From Gammaproteobacteria bacterium (GTDB lineage: Bacteria > Pseudomonadota > Gammaproteobacteria > SZUA-140), in assembly GCA_026982565.1 (NCBI GenBank), contig JALSGV010000024.1, forward strand, positions 13,341 to 77,340: a DNA stretch of 64,000 nucleotides. The letters run 5' to 3'. Shown here one piece after another: positions 12,101 to 23,324 of the stretch; within the stretch, counting starts at the first letter, position 1, and each line of letters begins with the position of its first letter. A model generated the notes under the pieces. That model saw only the letters and a list, made by a program, of their open reading frames with translations. It made no database searches and was not told where the DNA came from. The translations under genes and the position numbers were made by a program.

Positions 12101-12959
12101 ATATCTGCATATCCGGGAGTCCGAAGGCGGTGGAGGGGATGATATGGATCCGCGCGATTTGCCTGAATTGCAAGTCAATAGCAGGCTCCTTACCCTACAT
12201 GATATCCAGTTGGGTGCCTTGGAACTGCGTACGCAGCGGCGTTCCAAAGGCGTACATATTGGAAAGCTCAGCTTGGCGTCCGAGGCAATGGAGATTGCAG
12301 CAACCGGCGATTGGTTGTCAAACGGGCGTGGCGGGCAATGGTCGGACTTCAACGTTGTCCTCGACAGTGACAATCTGGGCAAGGCGCTGGCCCAACTGGG
12401 CTTTGTCGAGAGCATCAATGAGGGCGTGGGTCATATTGAGATTTCTGCGCGCTGGGAAGGGTCTCCCATGTCATTTTCCAGGGAAAAGGCTGCGGGCACA
12501 ATGTCGCTGCGTATCGAGAATGGCCGCCTGGTGGATATCGAGCCTGGTGCGGGACGGGTCTTTGGCCTGGTCAATCTCCGTGCATTACCGCGGCGCCTGT
12601 CCCTGGATTTCAGCGATATATTCAATAAAGGATTCGCGTTCGACCATATTAAGGGAGATTTTGTTTTTTCCAAGGGTATTGCAAGCACCCGCGACCTGAA
12701 AATAAAGGGGCCTGCCGCCAAAATCGAGATCGAAGGAAAAATCAACCTGGTGGAACGCAGCTATGATCAGGTTGTGACGGTAATGCCAGAGGTCTCATCC
12801 GGGCTGCCCGTTGCCGGCGCCGTGGTTGGCGGGGTTGGCGTGGGGGCGGCAATTCTGCTTGCTGAACAGTTGTTCAAGCCTGAAATCGAGAAAGCGACGC
12901 GCGTCAAATATTCCGTGACCGGCTCATGGGACGATCCAGTGATTACCCCGCTTCAATAA
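9147..12959 (+). CDS. yhdP: YhdP/AsmA-like family large inner-membrane-anchored protein (TIGR02099/DUF3971-like)
   Basis: It is 1270 aa with an N-terminal TM anchor. It occupies the conserved position after rng. Its length and architecture are typical of YhdP-type phospholipid transport proteins. Confidence 0.8.
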   Translation: MIRKIGYRLWMFIAVLTIVLAIAISFARFSLPFMDEYRDELITFFSEQLDQPLDVTAIVAEWHGMGPRIRLVGLALLDKEGGAPLLVLNSIVVGIDILETILTGSLQINSVILDGVGLTVTRDESGNILVQGLGATPQGASGRGGQLFAAWLLSRDHIAITANQIKWQDKMRGGVARTIRELSIELRNDRNRHQLEGSALLPDFEDQRITFAIDMRGDILGSQAWGGKAYIEAKAIRVGQLPVGLLIPGLRAERGIVTAKVWATWRDGVLHSVSGRAEIENPLLTKVMDDISGSRKQARQFDFTLARGDFLWQRQRQGWGLALKDFVLERGGRHWPSSEIQFFLSGGDQGAPEVAARLSYLDAKDATDFFNFLGIIPGSASVLIDRLRPAGRLYSVSGNFSGKSRFDISASFQDLEIEGDSRVPMISGVDGRFMANERTGFLQLSSAAIRVAYKDVLRAPLILGHVDGGIEWEKSGGQGWFISTKDFRIQNKDIQLRASGRGEWSMDEAQSPWMDLLIGFTVPDISVVSRYLPAGVMRPGLVAWLDRAFPAGHVPYGEVMLYGPLRAFPFAGDEGVFEVRFNVEDGILDYAPGWPRIEEVEAEVVFNNKSMAINITEGKSLSSSLKGARASIDDLAANPALLVVEGEAEGPASDILRYILDSPLNKKFGPYFNESIATGQANISMLLKKKLAPGTFPEIDGHLKLMENKLTLSRDGLSFENLAGELGFTHEGLYAHDIEATVLGMKADINIQTAQEAGQLVTHIYSVGTAGAEKIAELLAAPLFANLEGEALWNAAITIPPVDPTGMINASLQIRSDLKGVAINLPFPLEKASDDTLDLSLNIPLPRSRDAPLTFRLGEVLHGILDVDEKMSLERGEIVFGDEMARLPDHYGLRLSGSMPFFSFSKWLPYMEDSEQDLLDNRQSLIRSISVEVGQLEIFGHVFHDTEVRALWRPDYWDISAISEELKGDIEYPRKEGRALAMDLEYLHIRESEGGGGDDMDPRDLPELQVNSRLLTLHDIQLGALELRTQRRSKGVHIGKLSLASEAMEIAATGDWLSNGRGGQWSDFNVVLDSDNLGKALAQLGFVESINEGVGHIEISARWEGSPMSFSREKAAGTMSLRIENGRLVDIEPGAGRVFGLVNLRALPRRLSLDFSDIFNKGFAFDHIKGDFVFSKGIASTRDLKIKGPAAKIEIEGKINLVERSYDQVVTVMPEVSSGLPVAGAVVGGVGVGAAILLAEQLFKPEIEKATRVKYSVTGSWDDPVITPLQ

Positions 12960-13077
12960 GCACATCATCATTTTTTCTCGAGCGATGGGATGCTGTTTAC
13001 AGGATGTCCAAGAAATAATAGAAGACAGGGATCTTTAACTCGAAACCGCGAATATGCTATGGTCTGCATGAGTTTTA

Positions 13078-13097
13078 TCTGAATCCACGGATTCAGG
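13078..13097. repeat. REP-like 20-bp palindrome (TCTGAATCCACGGATTCAGG)
   Basis: It belongs to the dispersed CCTGAAYCCRYGGRTTCAGG family. It is intergenic between yhdP and the CN hydrolase. Confidence 0.6.
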
Positions 13098-13133
13098 TTT
13101 TACCAGGGCTTGAAGTGAAATGAGAGGTATGCA

Positions 13134-13958
13134 ATGAGTCGCGTTGCAGCAATACAAATGGCATCTGGTCCCAATATTGGCGCCAACCTGATTGAAGCCG
13201 AGAGGCTGATCGGCCTCGCTGTGGAGAAAGGTGCTGATCTGGTCGTGATGCCGGAAAATTTCGCCATTATGGGATTGGACGAAGAAGACAAGGTTAGGTC
13301 ATGCGAGCAGAGTGGTGTGGGACCCATCCAGGAATTTATTGCGCGACAAGCCGCGCTCCATGGTGTGTGGATTGTGGCTGGCACCATACCCCTGAGGTCT
13401 GGCGATCCAGGCAAAGTATTTGCGGCTTGTATGTTGTACGACGACAGCGGTGAGTGCGTGGCGCGTTACGACAAGATGCACCTGTTCGATGTATATATCG
13501 AAGCCAATATGGAGAGCTACACGGAGTCACTGACCATATTGCCGGGTAAGGATGTGGTGGTGGTCGATACCCCCTTTGGTAAGATCGGCCTGGCTGTATG
13601 CTATGACTTGCGTTTTCCAGAGTTGTTTCGCTGTATGCTGGACAAGGGCGCAGAGATATTTGCAATTCCTTCCGCTTTTACCGCGTATACGGGAAAGGCG
13701 CACTGGGAGTCGCTGGTGCGTGTGCGGGCCATCGAGAATCTCTGTTACGTAATAGCGCCGGCACAGGGCGGGTATCATATCAATGGCAGGGAAACTTTCG
13801 GCGACAGTATGATTGTCGATCCCTGGGGTGTGGTTCTGGACAGAATGCCCACTGGCGCGGGCGTTGTCTGTGCTGACATCGACCTGGAGCATTTGAGTGG
13901 TGTCCGGCGCGGATTTCCTTCCATCAGCCACCGCAAGTTGCGTATCCCCGGAAGCTGA
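13134..13958 (+). CDS. Carbon-nitrogen hydrolase (nitrilase superfamily amidohydrolase)
   Basis: It is a 274-aa protein with the CN_hydrolase E-K-C triad context (MPENF...; AVCYD). Confidence 0.82.
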   Translation: MSRVAAIQMASGPNIGANLIEAERLIGLAVEKGADLVVMPENFAIMGLDEEDKVRSCEQSGVGPIQEFIARQAALHGVWIVAGTIPLRSGDPGKVFAACMLYDDSGECVARYDKMHLFDVYIEANMESYTESLTILPGKDVVVVDTPFGKIGLAVCYDLRFPELFRCMLDKGAEIFAIPSAFTAYTGKAHWESLVRVRAIENLCYVIAPAQGGYHINGRETFGDSMIVDPWGVVLDRMPTGAGVVCADIDLEHLSGVRRGFPSISHRKLRIPGS

Positions 13959-14007
13959 GAGATCTGTTGGTCTGGCGTATGCCTGAAGCCCTGAATACAA
14001 GGAAGCT

Positions 14008-14062
14008 CTGATTAATCCGTCATCCCGGCGCAAGCTGGAATGACAATTTTTGAATTAATCAG
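14008..14062. terminator. Extended hairpin followed by a T-run, after the CN-hydrolase gene (CTGATTAAT...GTCATCCCGGcgcaagCTGGAATGAC-AATTTTT...ATTAATCAG)
   Basis: It has a nested inverted repeat whose inner stem is followed by AATTTTT. It lies 50 nt after the stop at 13958. Confidence 0.45.
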
Positions 14063-14070
14063 GCCTTCCA

Positions 14071-14097
14071 CAATATATATTGTTGCCGGGTTGATAA
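14071..14097. repeat. Solo TIR-like fragment (CAATATATATTGTTGCCGGGTTGATAA) of the same element family
   Basis: It matches one arm of the 29-bp TIR with 2-3 mismatches. It is located in the CN-hydrolase-bolA intergenic region. Confidence 0.45.
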
Positions 14098-14161
14098 TGG
14101 TTTCTTGTTACAATGAGCGCTCCAGATTTTTTAGAACACAAATTAATCGTGTGGACTTACT

Positions 14162-14413
14162 ATGCAATGTGAAGATATTGAGAGGCTGATAGAGTCAGGT
14201 TTGAGCGGCAGTGAAGTGACCGTTACAGGCGATGGTACGCATTTTGAGGCGACAGTCATAAGTCCTTTGTTTGAGGGCAAGAGCATGCTGGAGCAGCATC
14301 GCATGGTCTATGCCACATTGGGTGATCGCATGCAATCTGACATACACGCCCTGTCGATACGCGCCTATACCCCTCAGCAATGGGAACGGGCGCGCCGCTT
14401 GCGCGTTACGTGA
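14162..14413 (+). CDS. ibaG: BolA-family protein (IbaG/YrbA-like)
   Basis: It is an 83-aa BolA-fold protein located directly upstream of murA, as in ibaG-murA. Confidence 0.8.
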   Translation: MQCEDIERLIESGLSGSEVTVTGDGTHFEATVISPLFEGKSMLEQHRMVYATLGDRMQSDIHALSIRAYTPQQWERARRLRVT

Positions 14414-14419
14414 ACATGA

Positions 14420-15679
<1,260 letters not shown>

Positions 15680-15718
15680 TCCGGCAGTTACCCGGCAATG
15701 CGTTGCTGATAATCATAT

Positions 15719-15740
15719 TCCTGAACCCGCGGATTCAGGA
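15719..15740. repeat. REP-like palindrome (TCCTGAACCCGCGGATTCAGGA)
   Basis: It is the same family and lies immediately upstream of the MITE-like element, after murA. Confidence 0.6.
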
Positions 15741-15752
15741 TGTTGTCTGATA

Positions 15753-16032
15753 TTAACCCGGCAACCATATATATCGTATTCAGGACTTCAGGCCTGTGCT
15801 GGAACAAGGCGCGGCGCGCAGGCAATGGTCATTCCATTGGCAAGCGCCGCAACGCCGTGCCAGGGCAGACCTGAAGTCCCTAACAGATTGAAATGAAAGG
15901 ACAGGCCATTGCGTGCCGGCCCGCTGACTGCGTTGGCGAAATTTGCTGTAGAATGACTACAGCGGCCTTTCGCCGCCTTGCAGCGAACCGGCACGCAATG
16001 GCTGAATACGATATATATGGTTGCCGGGTTAA
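15753..16032. mobile_element. MITE-like element (~280 bp) bounded by 29-bp perfect terminal inverted repeats TTAACCCGGCAACCATATATATCGTATTC / GAATACGATATATATGGTTGCCGGGTTAA. It has nested internal inverted repeats.
   Basis: Terminal inverted repeats (TIRs) at 15753-15781 and 16004-16032 are exact reverse complements. Internal 15-bp (GCCATTGCGTGCCGG/CCGGCACGCAATGGC) and longer imperfect palindromes are present. Related collapsed and solo copies occur elsewhere at 24477-24519 and 14071-14097. The element lies in the murA-hisG intergenic region, 40 bp upstream of the hisG start. Confidence 0.6.
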
Positions 16033-16072
16033 TAAAACGACTCAATCTACGACAAGTACCCTATCGATCGAC

Positions 16073-16720
16073 ATGAACACTCCCATAACGGTGGCCCTTT
16101 CCAAGGGGCGCATACTCAAGGATACCTTGCCATTGCTGGCCCATGCGGGCATCACCCTCAAGGATGATCCTTTCACGAGCCGCAAGCTGATTTTCGAAAC
16201 CAGCCGCGAGGACGTCAATGTCATTGTCATTCGGGCGGCGGATGTGCCAACATTCGTGGAAAACGGCGCGGCCGATCTCGGTGTGGCAGGCAAGGATGTT
16301 CTCATGGAATATGGTGGGAACGGCCTGTATGAGCCCCTGGATCTGAACATCGCCCGCTGCCGCCTGATGACTGCCGGGCGAAAAGGATGGGTCGATCAGG
16401 GGACCCGCCTGCGGATCGCCACGAAATATGTGGAGACGGCGCGGCGCTACTATGCCGCCCGTGGCGTCCAGGTTGAGATCGTCAAGCTTTACGGGTCCAT
16501 GGAGTTGGCGCCCCTGGTGGGATTGGCCGATTGTATCGTGGACCTGGTGGATACCGGCAATACGCTGAAGGCCAATGGTCTGGTGCCCATGGAAACCATC
16601 GCCGAGATCAGTTCACGTCTCATCATCAACAAGGCGTCGATGAAAATGAAACATAATAAAGTCAAGCGGCTCGTCGAGCTGTTGTCGGATGCCGTCGAAA
16701 ATCAAAGAGCGGGAGGGTAA
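16073..16720 (+). CDS. hisG: ATP phosphoribosyltransferase (short form)
   Basis: The protein ([15 protein letters not shown]...) is about 215 aa. The ORF-track start at 15893 is an N-terminal extension running through the upstream repeat element. A start at the internal ATG at 16073 is preferred. Confidence 0.9.
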   Translation: MNTPITVALSKGRILKDTLPLLAHAGITLKDDPFTSRKLIFETSREDVNVIVIRAADVPTFVENGAADLGVAGKDVLMEYGGNGLYEPLDLNIARCRLMTAGRKGWVDQGTRLRIATKYVETARRYYAARGVQVEIVKLYGSMELAPLVGLADCIVDLVDTGNTLKANGLVPMETIAEISSRLIINKASMKMKHNKVKRLVELLSDAVENQRAGG

Positions 16721-16724
16721 GAAA

Positions 16725-18032
16725 ATGCTGGATATCAGGCATATCAAGACCACGGATGATGATTTCGAGGCGCAACTGGAGGAACTGCTGGCCTGGGAAA
16801 GCGTTTCCGACGAGCAGATCAACCAGACGGTGCGGGGCATTCTCGATGACGTCAGAAAACGTGGCGATGCCGCGCTCATCGAATATACCAACCGGTTCGA
16901 TCGCCTCGATGTTGCGGATGCCGGTGAGCTGGAATTGCCGCCTGAGAGATTGCAGGCTGCTCTGTCCGATATTCCAGGGGATCAGCGGCAGGCCCTGGAG
17001 CTGGCGGCCGAGCGTGTCAGGCGTTACCACGAACACCAGAAGGCTTCCTCCTGGTCCTATACGGAGCCGGATGGCACCATGCTTGGACAGCAGGTGACTC
17101 CCCTGGACCGGGTAGGCCTGTATGTGCCGGGAGGCAAGGCGACCTATCCCTCGTCGGTTATTATGAATGCCATACCCGCCAAGGTGGCGGGTGTGCCCGA
17201 ATTGATCATGGTGGTGCCGACACCCGACAAGATGGTCAATCAGCTGGTGCTGGCCGCTGCCGCTGTCGCCGGCGTGGACAGGGTATTCTCCATCGGCGGG
17301 GCGCAGGCCGTGGCGGCTTTGGCTTACGGCACTGAAACGGTCCCCGCGGTCGACAAGGTCGTAGGGCCTGGTAATATCTATGTGGCGACGGCGAAGGGCA
17401 TGGTCTTTGGCGCGGTGGGTATCGACATGATTGCGGGGCCTTCCGAGATACTGGTGGTCTGTGATGGCGATACCCCGCCGGACTGGATCGCCATGGACCT
17501 GTTCTCCCAGGCCGAGCATGATGAGGACGCCCAATCCATTCTGGTATGTCCGGATGCCGAATATATCACTGAGGTGAAAAACAGCATCGATCGCCTTCTG
17601 CCGGAGATGGAGCGGTCCGGGATCATCAGCACCTCCATGTCGCGACGTGCGGCCTTCATTGAGGTCAAGGACCTGGAGGAGGCGGCAGAGGTGGCCAATG
17701 CCGTTGCGCCTGAACACCTGGAGCTGTCCGTTGCCGAGCCCATGTCGTTGGCGAAAAAGATCCGCCATGCAGGCGCTATTTTCCTTGGGCGCTACACCGC
17801 GGAGGCCGTGGGCGACTATGTGGCGGGCCCCAATCATGTGTTGCCCACGTCACGCACCGCGCGTTTTTCCTCTCCACTGGGGGTCTATGACTTTCAGAAA
17901 CGAAGCAGTCTGATCAAGTGCTCGCGCGAAGGCGCCAGGGTATTGGGTGATACCGCTGCCCTGCTGGCGCGCAGTGAGGGGCTCACGGCGCACGCCCGCT
18001 CCGCCGAGTATCGCCGTGACGCGAAAATGTAG
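16725..18032 (+). CDS. hisD: Histidinol dehydrogenase
   Basis: The HisD family starts at MLDIRH. The internal ATG is preferred over the ORF-track start, which overlaps hisG. Confidence 0.93.
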   Translation: MLDIRHIKTTDDDFEAQLEELLAWESVSDEQINQTVRGILDDVRKRGDAALIEYTNRFDRLDVADAGELELPPERLQAALSDIPGDQRQALELAAERVRRYHEHQKASSWSYTEPDGTMLGQQVTPLDRVGLYVPGGKATYPSSVIMNAIPAKVAGVPELIMVVPTPDKMVNQLVLAAAAVAGVDRVFSIGGAQAVAALAYGTETVPAVDKVVGPGNIYVATAKGMVFGAVGIDMIAGPSEILVVCDGDTPPDWIAMDLFSQAEHDEDAQSILVCPDAEYITEVKNSIDRLLPEMERSGIISTSMSRRAAFIEVKDLEEAAEVANAVAPEHLELSVAEPMSLAKKIRHAGAIFLGRYTAEAVGDYVAGPNHVLPTSRTARFSSPLGVYDFQKRSSLIKCSREGARVLGDTAALLARSEGLTAHARSAEYRRDAKM

Positions 18033-18078
18033 ACGACGGGGTTTTCATACAGCTTCCTGATTTCGACAGCAGCATATC

Positions 18079-19239
18079 ATGTCAAAATTGAAACATCCCG
18101 CCGACGGTGGTGGAAACAACGCATCTGATCCGCGGAATGACGAGATACGACGCCGTATCCGGCAATGGGTGCGGCCCGAGATCCTCGACCTGACAGCCTA
18201 TCACGTTCCTGACTCATCCGGCCTCGTGAAGCTGGATGCCATGGAAAACCCGTATACCTGGCCCGATGCAGTCGTGGAGGAGTGGCTGGCGGTGCTGCGC
18301 GACGCCAGTCTCAACCGCTATCCCGACCCCTCTTCACGGGAACTGCGCGCGCGGCTGCACCAGTTGTTTGCCGTGCCTCAGGACAAGGGCGTGATGCTGG
18401 GCAACGGCTCTGACGAACTGATCCAGCTCCTGACCATGGCCGTGACCCAGCCCGGCAGGACCGTACTGGCGCCGGACCCCGCCTTCAGCATGTACCGCAT
18501 GATTACCATTTTCAGTGGCATGGAATACGTTTCCGTCCCTCTGCGACAGGATTTCAGTCTCGACAGGGAGGCCATGCTGGCGGCCATGGCCCGTCATGAG
18601 CCGGCCATTGTATTCATCGATTACCCCAATAATCCCAGCGGCCGGCTGTTTGATGAACGGGACCTGGTGGCCATCATCGAGGCGGCGCCGGGTATCGTCG
18701 TGATCGACGAGGCCTATCATACCTTTGCCCAGGCCACTTTCATGCCCTGCCTGGAACAATATGAGCACCTGTTCATTCTCCGCACCCTGTCGAAAATGGG
18801 GCTGGCCGGCCTGCGCCTGGGTATTCTTGCCGGCGATGCCCTGTGGCTGGAAGAGATCAACAAGATCCGTCTGCCCTACAATATCAATATCCTTGCCCAG
18901 CTCAGCGCGGATTTTGCCCTCAGCCATCAGGCCATGCTGGACGAGCAGGCCGAAGCCATCCGCCGTGACCGCGCATGGCTCGGCGGCGCCATGGCGGCCC
19001 TGCCGGGCGTCACGGTGTTTCCCAGCGATGCCAATTTCATACTCTTTCGTGTGCAAGGTGGAAATGCCGTTGAGGTGTTCGAGCGTATTCGCGCGCAGGG
19101 CGTGTTGATCAAAAATCTGCATCGTGACGATGGATTGTTGCGCGATTGCCTGCGCGTGACAGTCGGAACGGGAGAGGAAAATCGCGCCTTCCTGGCGGCC
19201 CTTGACAAGGCCCTGCAGGACTTGGAGATGGGATCATGA
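18079..19239 (+). CDS. hisC: Histidinol-phosphate aminotransferase
   Basis: It is a 386-aa class-II aminotransferase in the his operon. Confidence 0.9.
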   Translation: MSKLKHPADGGGNNASDPRNDEIRRRIRQWVRPEILDLTAYHVPDSSGLVKLDAMENPYTWPDAVVEEWLAVLRDASLNRYPDPSSRELRARLHQLFAVPQDKGVMLGNGSDELIQLLTMAVTQPGRTVLAPDPAFSMYRMITIFSGMEYVSVPLRQDFSLDREAMLAAMARHEPAIVFIDYPNNPSGRLFDERDLVAIIEAAPGIVVIDEAYHTFAQATFMPCLEQYEHLFILRTLSKMGLAGLRLGILAGDALWLEEINKIRLPYNINILAQLSADFALSHQAMLDEQAEAIRRDRAWLGGAMAALPGVTVFPSDANFILFRVQGGNAVEVFERIRAQGVLIKNLHRDDGLLRDCLRVTVGTGEENRAFLAALDKALQDLEMGS

Positions 19240-19248
19240 TAATCTTTG

Positions 19249-19270
19249 ACCTGAACCCGCGGATTCAGGT
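19249..19270. repeat. REP-like palindrome (ACCTGAACCCGCGGATTCAGGT)
   Basis: Its core is identical to the 15719 copy. It is intergenic between hisC and hisB. Confidence 0.6.
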
Positions 19271-19296
19271 TTGAGCTAAATGGCTGCGCTGCGGCC

Positions 19297-19908
19297 ATGA
19301 ATAAAGGAGCATTGAAATTGGAACGAGTGGCCTCAGTGCAACGCAAAACGGCCGAGACGGACATCGAAGTACGGTTGAGCCTGGATGGGACGGGTAAGGC
19401 GGATTTCAATACGGGAGTGCCTTTCCTGGATCACATGCTCGACCAGGTGGCGCGTCACGGCATGATGGATATTACCATACGGGCACAGGGTGACCTGCAT
19501 ATCGATGCCCACCACACCGTGGAGGATATCGGCATCACCCTGGGCCAGGCCTTCGCCCAGGCGCTTGGCGACAAGCAGGGCATAAGTCGCTATGGTCATG
19601 CCTATGTGCCCCTCGACGAGGCCCTGTCCCGGGTCGTCCTGGACCTGTCGGGCCGTCCCGGCCTGGAATACCACGTGGAGTTTCCCCGTGCGCGCATTGG
19701 CGAGATGGATGTGGATCTGTTTCGGGAATTCTTCCAGGGTTTCGTCAATCATGCAGCGGTGACTCTTCACATCGACGGCCTGCGGGGCGCCAATGCCCAT
19801 CATGTGGCCGAAACGGTCTTCAAGGCCTTCGGGAGGGCATTGCGGGCGGCCTTGGAGAGGGATGCGCGCATGTCGGGTGTCATACCCTCGACCAAAGGGG
19901 CTCTTTGA
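19297..19908 (+). CDS. hisB: Imidazoleglycerol-phosphate dehydratase
   Basis: It is 203 aa and matches the IGPD family ([10 protein letters not shown]...). Confidence 0.92.
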   Translation: MNKGALKLERVASVQRKTAETDIEVRLSLDGTGKADFNTGVPFLDHMLDQVARHGMMDITIRAQGDLHIDAHHTVEDIGITLGQAFAQALGDKQGISRYGHAYVPLDEALSRVVLDLSGRPGLEYHVEFPRARIGEMDVDLFREFFQGFVNHAAVTLHIDGLRGANAHHVAETVFKAFGRALRAALERDARMSGVIPSTKGAL

Positions 19909-19956
19909 TCTCTACCATTTTGGCGCGAGTCTGCGTTTTGGGAAAATAGCAAGTCA

Positions 19957-20592
19957 ATGAATACAGTAGCAGTCATCGATTACGGCATGGGTAATATCCG
20001 TTCCGTATCCAGGGCGCTCGAATGCGCAGGGGAGCGCTGCAAGGTTATTGTGAGTAATGATCCTGGCCGTATCCTGGCGGCCGACCGTGTCGTTTTTCCT
20101 GGCGTTGGGGCCTTGCGTGACTGTATTCAGGAGCTCCAGCGCCTGGAGCTTGTAGGCGTCATCAGGGAGTGTGTTCGCAGCCGGCCATTCCTGGGTATCT
20201 GCCTGGGCATGCAGGCCTTGCTGGACAGCAGTGAGGAAAACGATGGTACGCCTGCCTTGTCGATTATTCCTGGTACGGTAAGACATTTCAGCACCGGCCA
20301 GGGTGAGGCTCGATTGAAGATTCCGCATATGGGATGGAATCACGTGCGCCAGACGCAGCCTCATCCCTTGTGGCGGGGTATTCCACAGGATAGTCGTTTC
20401 TACTTCGTGCACAGTTATTTCGTCTGTCCCGACGCGCCGGCTGTGACAGTTGGAACCACCGATTACGGCGTGCCGTTCACGTCGGCGCTGGCGCACGAGA
20501 ACATATTTGCCGTTCAGTTTCATCCAGAAAAGAGCCAGCACACGGGGCTTGCCCTGCTGAACAATTTTCTCCAATGGGATGGCTCGGCTTGA
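19957..20592 (+). CDS. hisH: Imidazole glycerol phosphate synthase, glutamine amidotransferase subunit
   Basis: It is a 211-aa class-I GATase whose catalytic Cys lies in the GICLGMQ motif. Confidence 0.93.
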   Translation: MNTVAVIDYGMGNIRSVSRALECAGERCKVIVSNDPGRILAADRVVFPGVGALRDCIQELQRLELVGVIRECVRSRPFLGICLGMQALLDSSEENDGTPALSIIPGTVRHFSTGQGEARLKIPHMGWNHVRQTQPHPLWRGIPQDSRFYFVHSYFVCPDAPAVTVGTTDYGVPFTSALAHENIFAVQFHPEKSQHTGLALLNNFLQWDGSA

Positions 20593-20651
20593 GGGTTTTT
20601 TCGATGTATTCATGTATTGGCGTTTCCTTAATGAAGAATTATAAAGAGAGG

Positions 20652-20671
20652 CCTGAGCCCGTGGGTTCAGG
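20652..20671. repeat. REP-like palindrome (CCTGAGCCCGTGGGTTCAGG)
   Basis: It is the same family and is intergenic between hisH and hisA. Confidence 0.55.
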
Positions 20672-20709
20672 TAGAGATACAAATACAATCTGAATTGGGG
20701 TGCTGAAAA

Positions 20710-21447
20710 ATGTTATTGATACCGGCCATAGATCTGAAGGGTGGGCAGTGTGTGCGACTGCGTCAGGGCAGGATGGACGACGATACGGTTTTTTCCGATG
20801 ACCCCGTTGCCATGGCGCAGCGTTGGGTGGAAGAGGGTGCGCGGCGCCTGCATCTTGTGGATCTGGACGGCGCCGTATCCGGGCGGCCGGTCAATATCGG
20901 GGTCATCAGGGAAATCGCGCGTTCTTTCCCCGAGCTGCCGATCCAGGTTGGGGGCGGGATACGAGACGAAGAGACTATCGAAACCTATCTGGATGCGGGT
21001 GTTCGTTATGTCATCATCGGCACTGCCGCCGTGAACCAGCCCCACTTCGTGGCCGATGTGGCCATTGCCTATCCCGGCCATATCATCGTTGGGCTGGATG
21101 CCAGAGATGGCAAGGTTGCCATCGATGGCTGGTCAAAGCTTTCTCACCATGATGTCATCGATATGGCCCAGCACTTTGAGCGTGACGGGGTGGAGGCCAT
21201 CATCTATACCGATATCAACCGTGACGGTATGCTCAGTGGGGTCAATATCGACTCCACGGTCAAGTTGGCCCGTTCCATCACCATTCCTGTCATTGCATCC
21301 GGGGGGATATCCAGTATCGATGACATCCATGCCCTGGGCGCTGTCGCGGAGGAGGGTATCATGGGCGCCATATTGGGGCGCTCACTCTATGAAGGCACCG
21401 TCGATTTTGCCGAGTGCCAGCGCCTGGCGGACGGCTTCGATTCATGA
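20710..21447 (+). CDS. hisA: 1-(5-phosphoribosyl)-5-[(5-phosphoribosylamino)methylideneamino]imidazole-4-carboxamide isomerase
   Basis: It is 245 aa and begins [17 protein letters not shown]. Confidence 0.93.
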   Translation: MLLIPAIDLKGGQCVRLRQGRMDDDTVFSDDPVAMAQRWVEEGARRLHLVDLDGAVSGRPVNIGVIREIARSFPELPIQVGGGIRDEETIETYLDAGVRYVIIGTAAVNQPHFVADVAIAYPGHIIVGLDARDGKVAIDGWSKLSHHDVIDMAQHFERDGVEAIIYTDINRDGMLSGVNIDSTVKLARSITIPVIASGGISSIDDIHALGAVAEEGIMGAILGRSLYEGTVDFAECQRLADGFDS

Positions 21448-22217
21448 CCGGATTGGCCAAGCGCATCATTCCCTGCCTGGACGTGGACAAGGGCCGGGTG
21501 GTCAAAGGTGTCCGGTTCGTGGACATCGTGGATGCCGGTGACCCCGTGGTGATCGCGCGGGCCTATGACGAACAGGGGGCCGACGAGCTGGTGTTTCTGG
21601 ATATCACCGCCAGTCATGAGCGGCGTGATACCATGGTGCATGTAGTGGAGGAGGTGGCCAGCCAGGTATTCATCCCCCTGACAGTGGGGGGCGGTATACG
21701 GGAGCAGGAAGATATTCGCCGCATGCTGAACGCGGGAGCCGACAAGGTGGCTATCAACACGGCGGCCATCCACAATCCCGAATTTGTCCACCAGGCAGCC
21801 GAGCGCTTCGGCAGCCAGTGCATCGTCGTTGCCATCGATGCCAAACAGGTGGAGAATGGTGAGACATCCGGGTGGGAGATCTACACCCACGGCGGGCGCA
21901 ATCCCACGGGCATCGATGTGCTGGAATGGGCATGCAGGATGGCCCGCCTCGGCGCCGGCGAGATCCTGCTTACCAGCATGGACAGGGACGGCACGAAGGA
22001 TGGCTATGATCTGTCCCTGACCCGTGCGGTCAGCGAGGCCGTTACCATACCAGTGATCGCGTCGGGTGGCGTGGGCTGCCTGGAGCATTTGGCGGAAGGC
22101 ATTATTGAAGGCAAGGCGGACGCGGTGTTGGCGGCGAGTATATTTCACTATGGCGAATATACCGTGGGCGAGGCCAAGCGCTACTTGGCGGATCGTGGGA
22201 TCGAAGTCAGGTTATAG
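21444..22217 (+). CDS. hisF: Imidazole glycerol phosphate synthase, cyclase subunit
   Basis: The sequence begins [14 protein letters not shown]. The start overlaps the hisA stop (ATGA). Confidence 0.93.
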   Translation: MTGLAKRIIPCLDVDKGRVVKGVRFVDIVDAGDPVVIARAYDEQGADELVFLDITASHERRDTMVHVVEEVASQVFIPLTVGGGIREQEDIRRMLNAGADKVAINTAAIHNPEFVHQAAERFGSQCIVVAIDAKQVENGETSGWEIYTHGGRNPTGIDVLEWACRMARLGAGEILLTSMDRDGTKDGYDLSLTRAVSEAVTIPVIASGGVGCLEHLAEGIIEGKADAVLAASIFHYGEYTVGEAKRYLADRGIEVRL

Positions 22218-22222
22218 ATGAC

Positions 22223-22624
22223 ATGAACAGAGGCAAAGACTGGCTGGACGAGGTGCGGTGGACTGCCGAGGGTCTGGCGCCCGTCATCGCCCAGGAGCAG
22301 TCCAGCGGCCGGGTACTCATGCTGGCATGGATGAATCATGAAGCCCTGGCGCTCACGGTGGAGACGGGTTACGCCGTGTACTGGTCGCGATCCCGGCAGC
22401 GGCTGTGGCGCAAAGGGGAGCAGTCAGGGCATGGTCAGCAGGTGAAGGAAATCCGCCTGGACTGTGACCGGGATGCTATCCTGCTGCTGGTGGAGCAGGA
22501 GGGCGGGATCGCCTGTCACACGGGGCGCCACCATTGTTTTTTCAGGCGGCTGCGGGATCGCACATGGGAAACCGTGGAGCCGGTAATACGTGTCCCCGAT
22601 GAAATTTATCAAGAGAAACAGTAA
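22223..22624 (+). CDS. hisI: Phosphoribosyl-AMP cyclohydrolase
   Basis: It is a 133-aa HisI-domain protein. Confidence 0.9.
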   Translation: MNRGKDWLDEVRWTAEGLAPVIAQEQSSGRVLMLAWMNHEALALTVETGYAVYWSRSRQRLWRKGEQSGHGQQVKEIRLDCDRDAILLLVEQEGGIACHTGRHHCFFRRLRDRTWETVEPVIRVPDEIYQEKQ

Positions 22625-22657
22625 CGAAGCCGTGGGTAGGGCCGATATACGAAACAA

Positions 22658-22972
22658 ATGAGTGATATACTGCAACAATTGACCCGAGTGCTGGAGGCGA
22701 GGCGCTCGGCTGCGCCGGACAGCTCCTATGTGGCGTCACTCTATGATCGGGGGCTGGATACCATCCTCAAGAAAGTGGGGGAAGAAGCCGCCGAGACCAT
22801 CATCGCCGCCAAGAATGGCGACAGAGAGCAGATCATTTACGAAACCGCCGATCTCTGGTTCCATACCCTGGTTATGTTGAGCTACCAGGGGTTGGGGCCT
22901 GCGGATGTCCTGACCGAGCTGGAGCGGCGTTTTGGCACATCGGGCATCGAGGAGAAGGCTGCGCGGGAATAG
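22658..22972 (+). CDS. hisE: Phosphoribosyl-ATP pyrophosphatase
   Basis: It is a 104-aa HisE protein of the MazG-like fold. Confidence 0.9.
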   Translation: MSDILQQLTRVLEARRSAAPDSSYVASLYDRGLDTILKKVGEEAAETIIAAKNGDREQIIYETADLWFHTLVMLSYQGLGPADVLTELERRFGTSGIEEKAARE

Positions 22973-23036
22973 TTGCCTGATTCTGGGCAATATATCACAA
23001 TGCGCCTTCATTCAATGAGTTACAGAGGATTTGAGT

Positions 23037-23300
23037 ATGGGTATTAGTATTTGGCAATTATTGATCATCCTGTTGATTATCGTGCTGCTGTTCGGCACCA
23101 AGAAGCTGCGCAGCATTGGCAAGGATATGGGGGGCGCCGTCAAGGGGTTCCGCGACGCCATGGACGATCGTGACGACAAACAGGAAAAGACGCCTCAGGA
23201 ACTGGAACACAGCGAGGCCAGCCGCGTCATCGAGGGTGAGGTGACGAAGGAAGAGACCACGGCCGCTGCCAGCAAGGATAAAGAGAAGGACCAGGCTTGA
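23037..23300 (+). CDS. tatA: Sec-independent protein translocase TatA
   Basis: It begins [24 protein letters not shown]. The ATG start lies 6 nt downstream of the ORF-track TTG, with a GAGGA RBS upstream. Confidence 0.92.
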   Translation: MGISIWQLLIILLIIVLLFGTKKLRSIGKDMGGAVKGFRDAMDDRDDKQEKTPQELEHSEASRVIEGEVTKEETTAAASKDKEKDQA

Positions 23301-23324
23301 TAGGCGCGGCGCGGTGATGGGCGC

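Noticed and set aside
15893-16072. N-terminal 60-codon extension of the hisG ORF
   Set aside because: The extension runs through the MITE-like element and REP-type palindromes. The conserved HisG sequence begins at the internal Met at 16073 (MNTPITVAL...).
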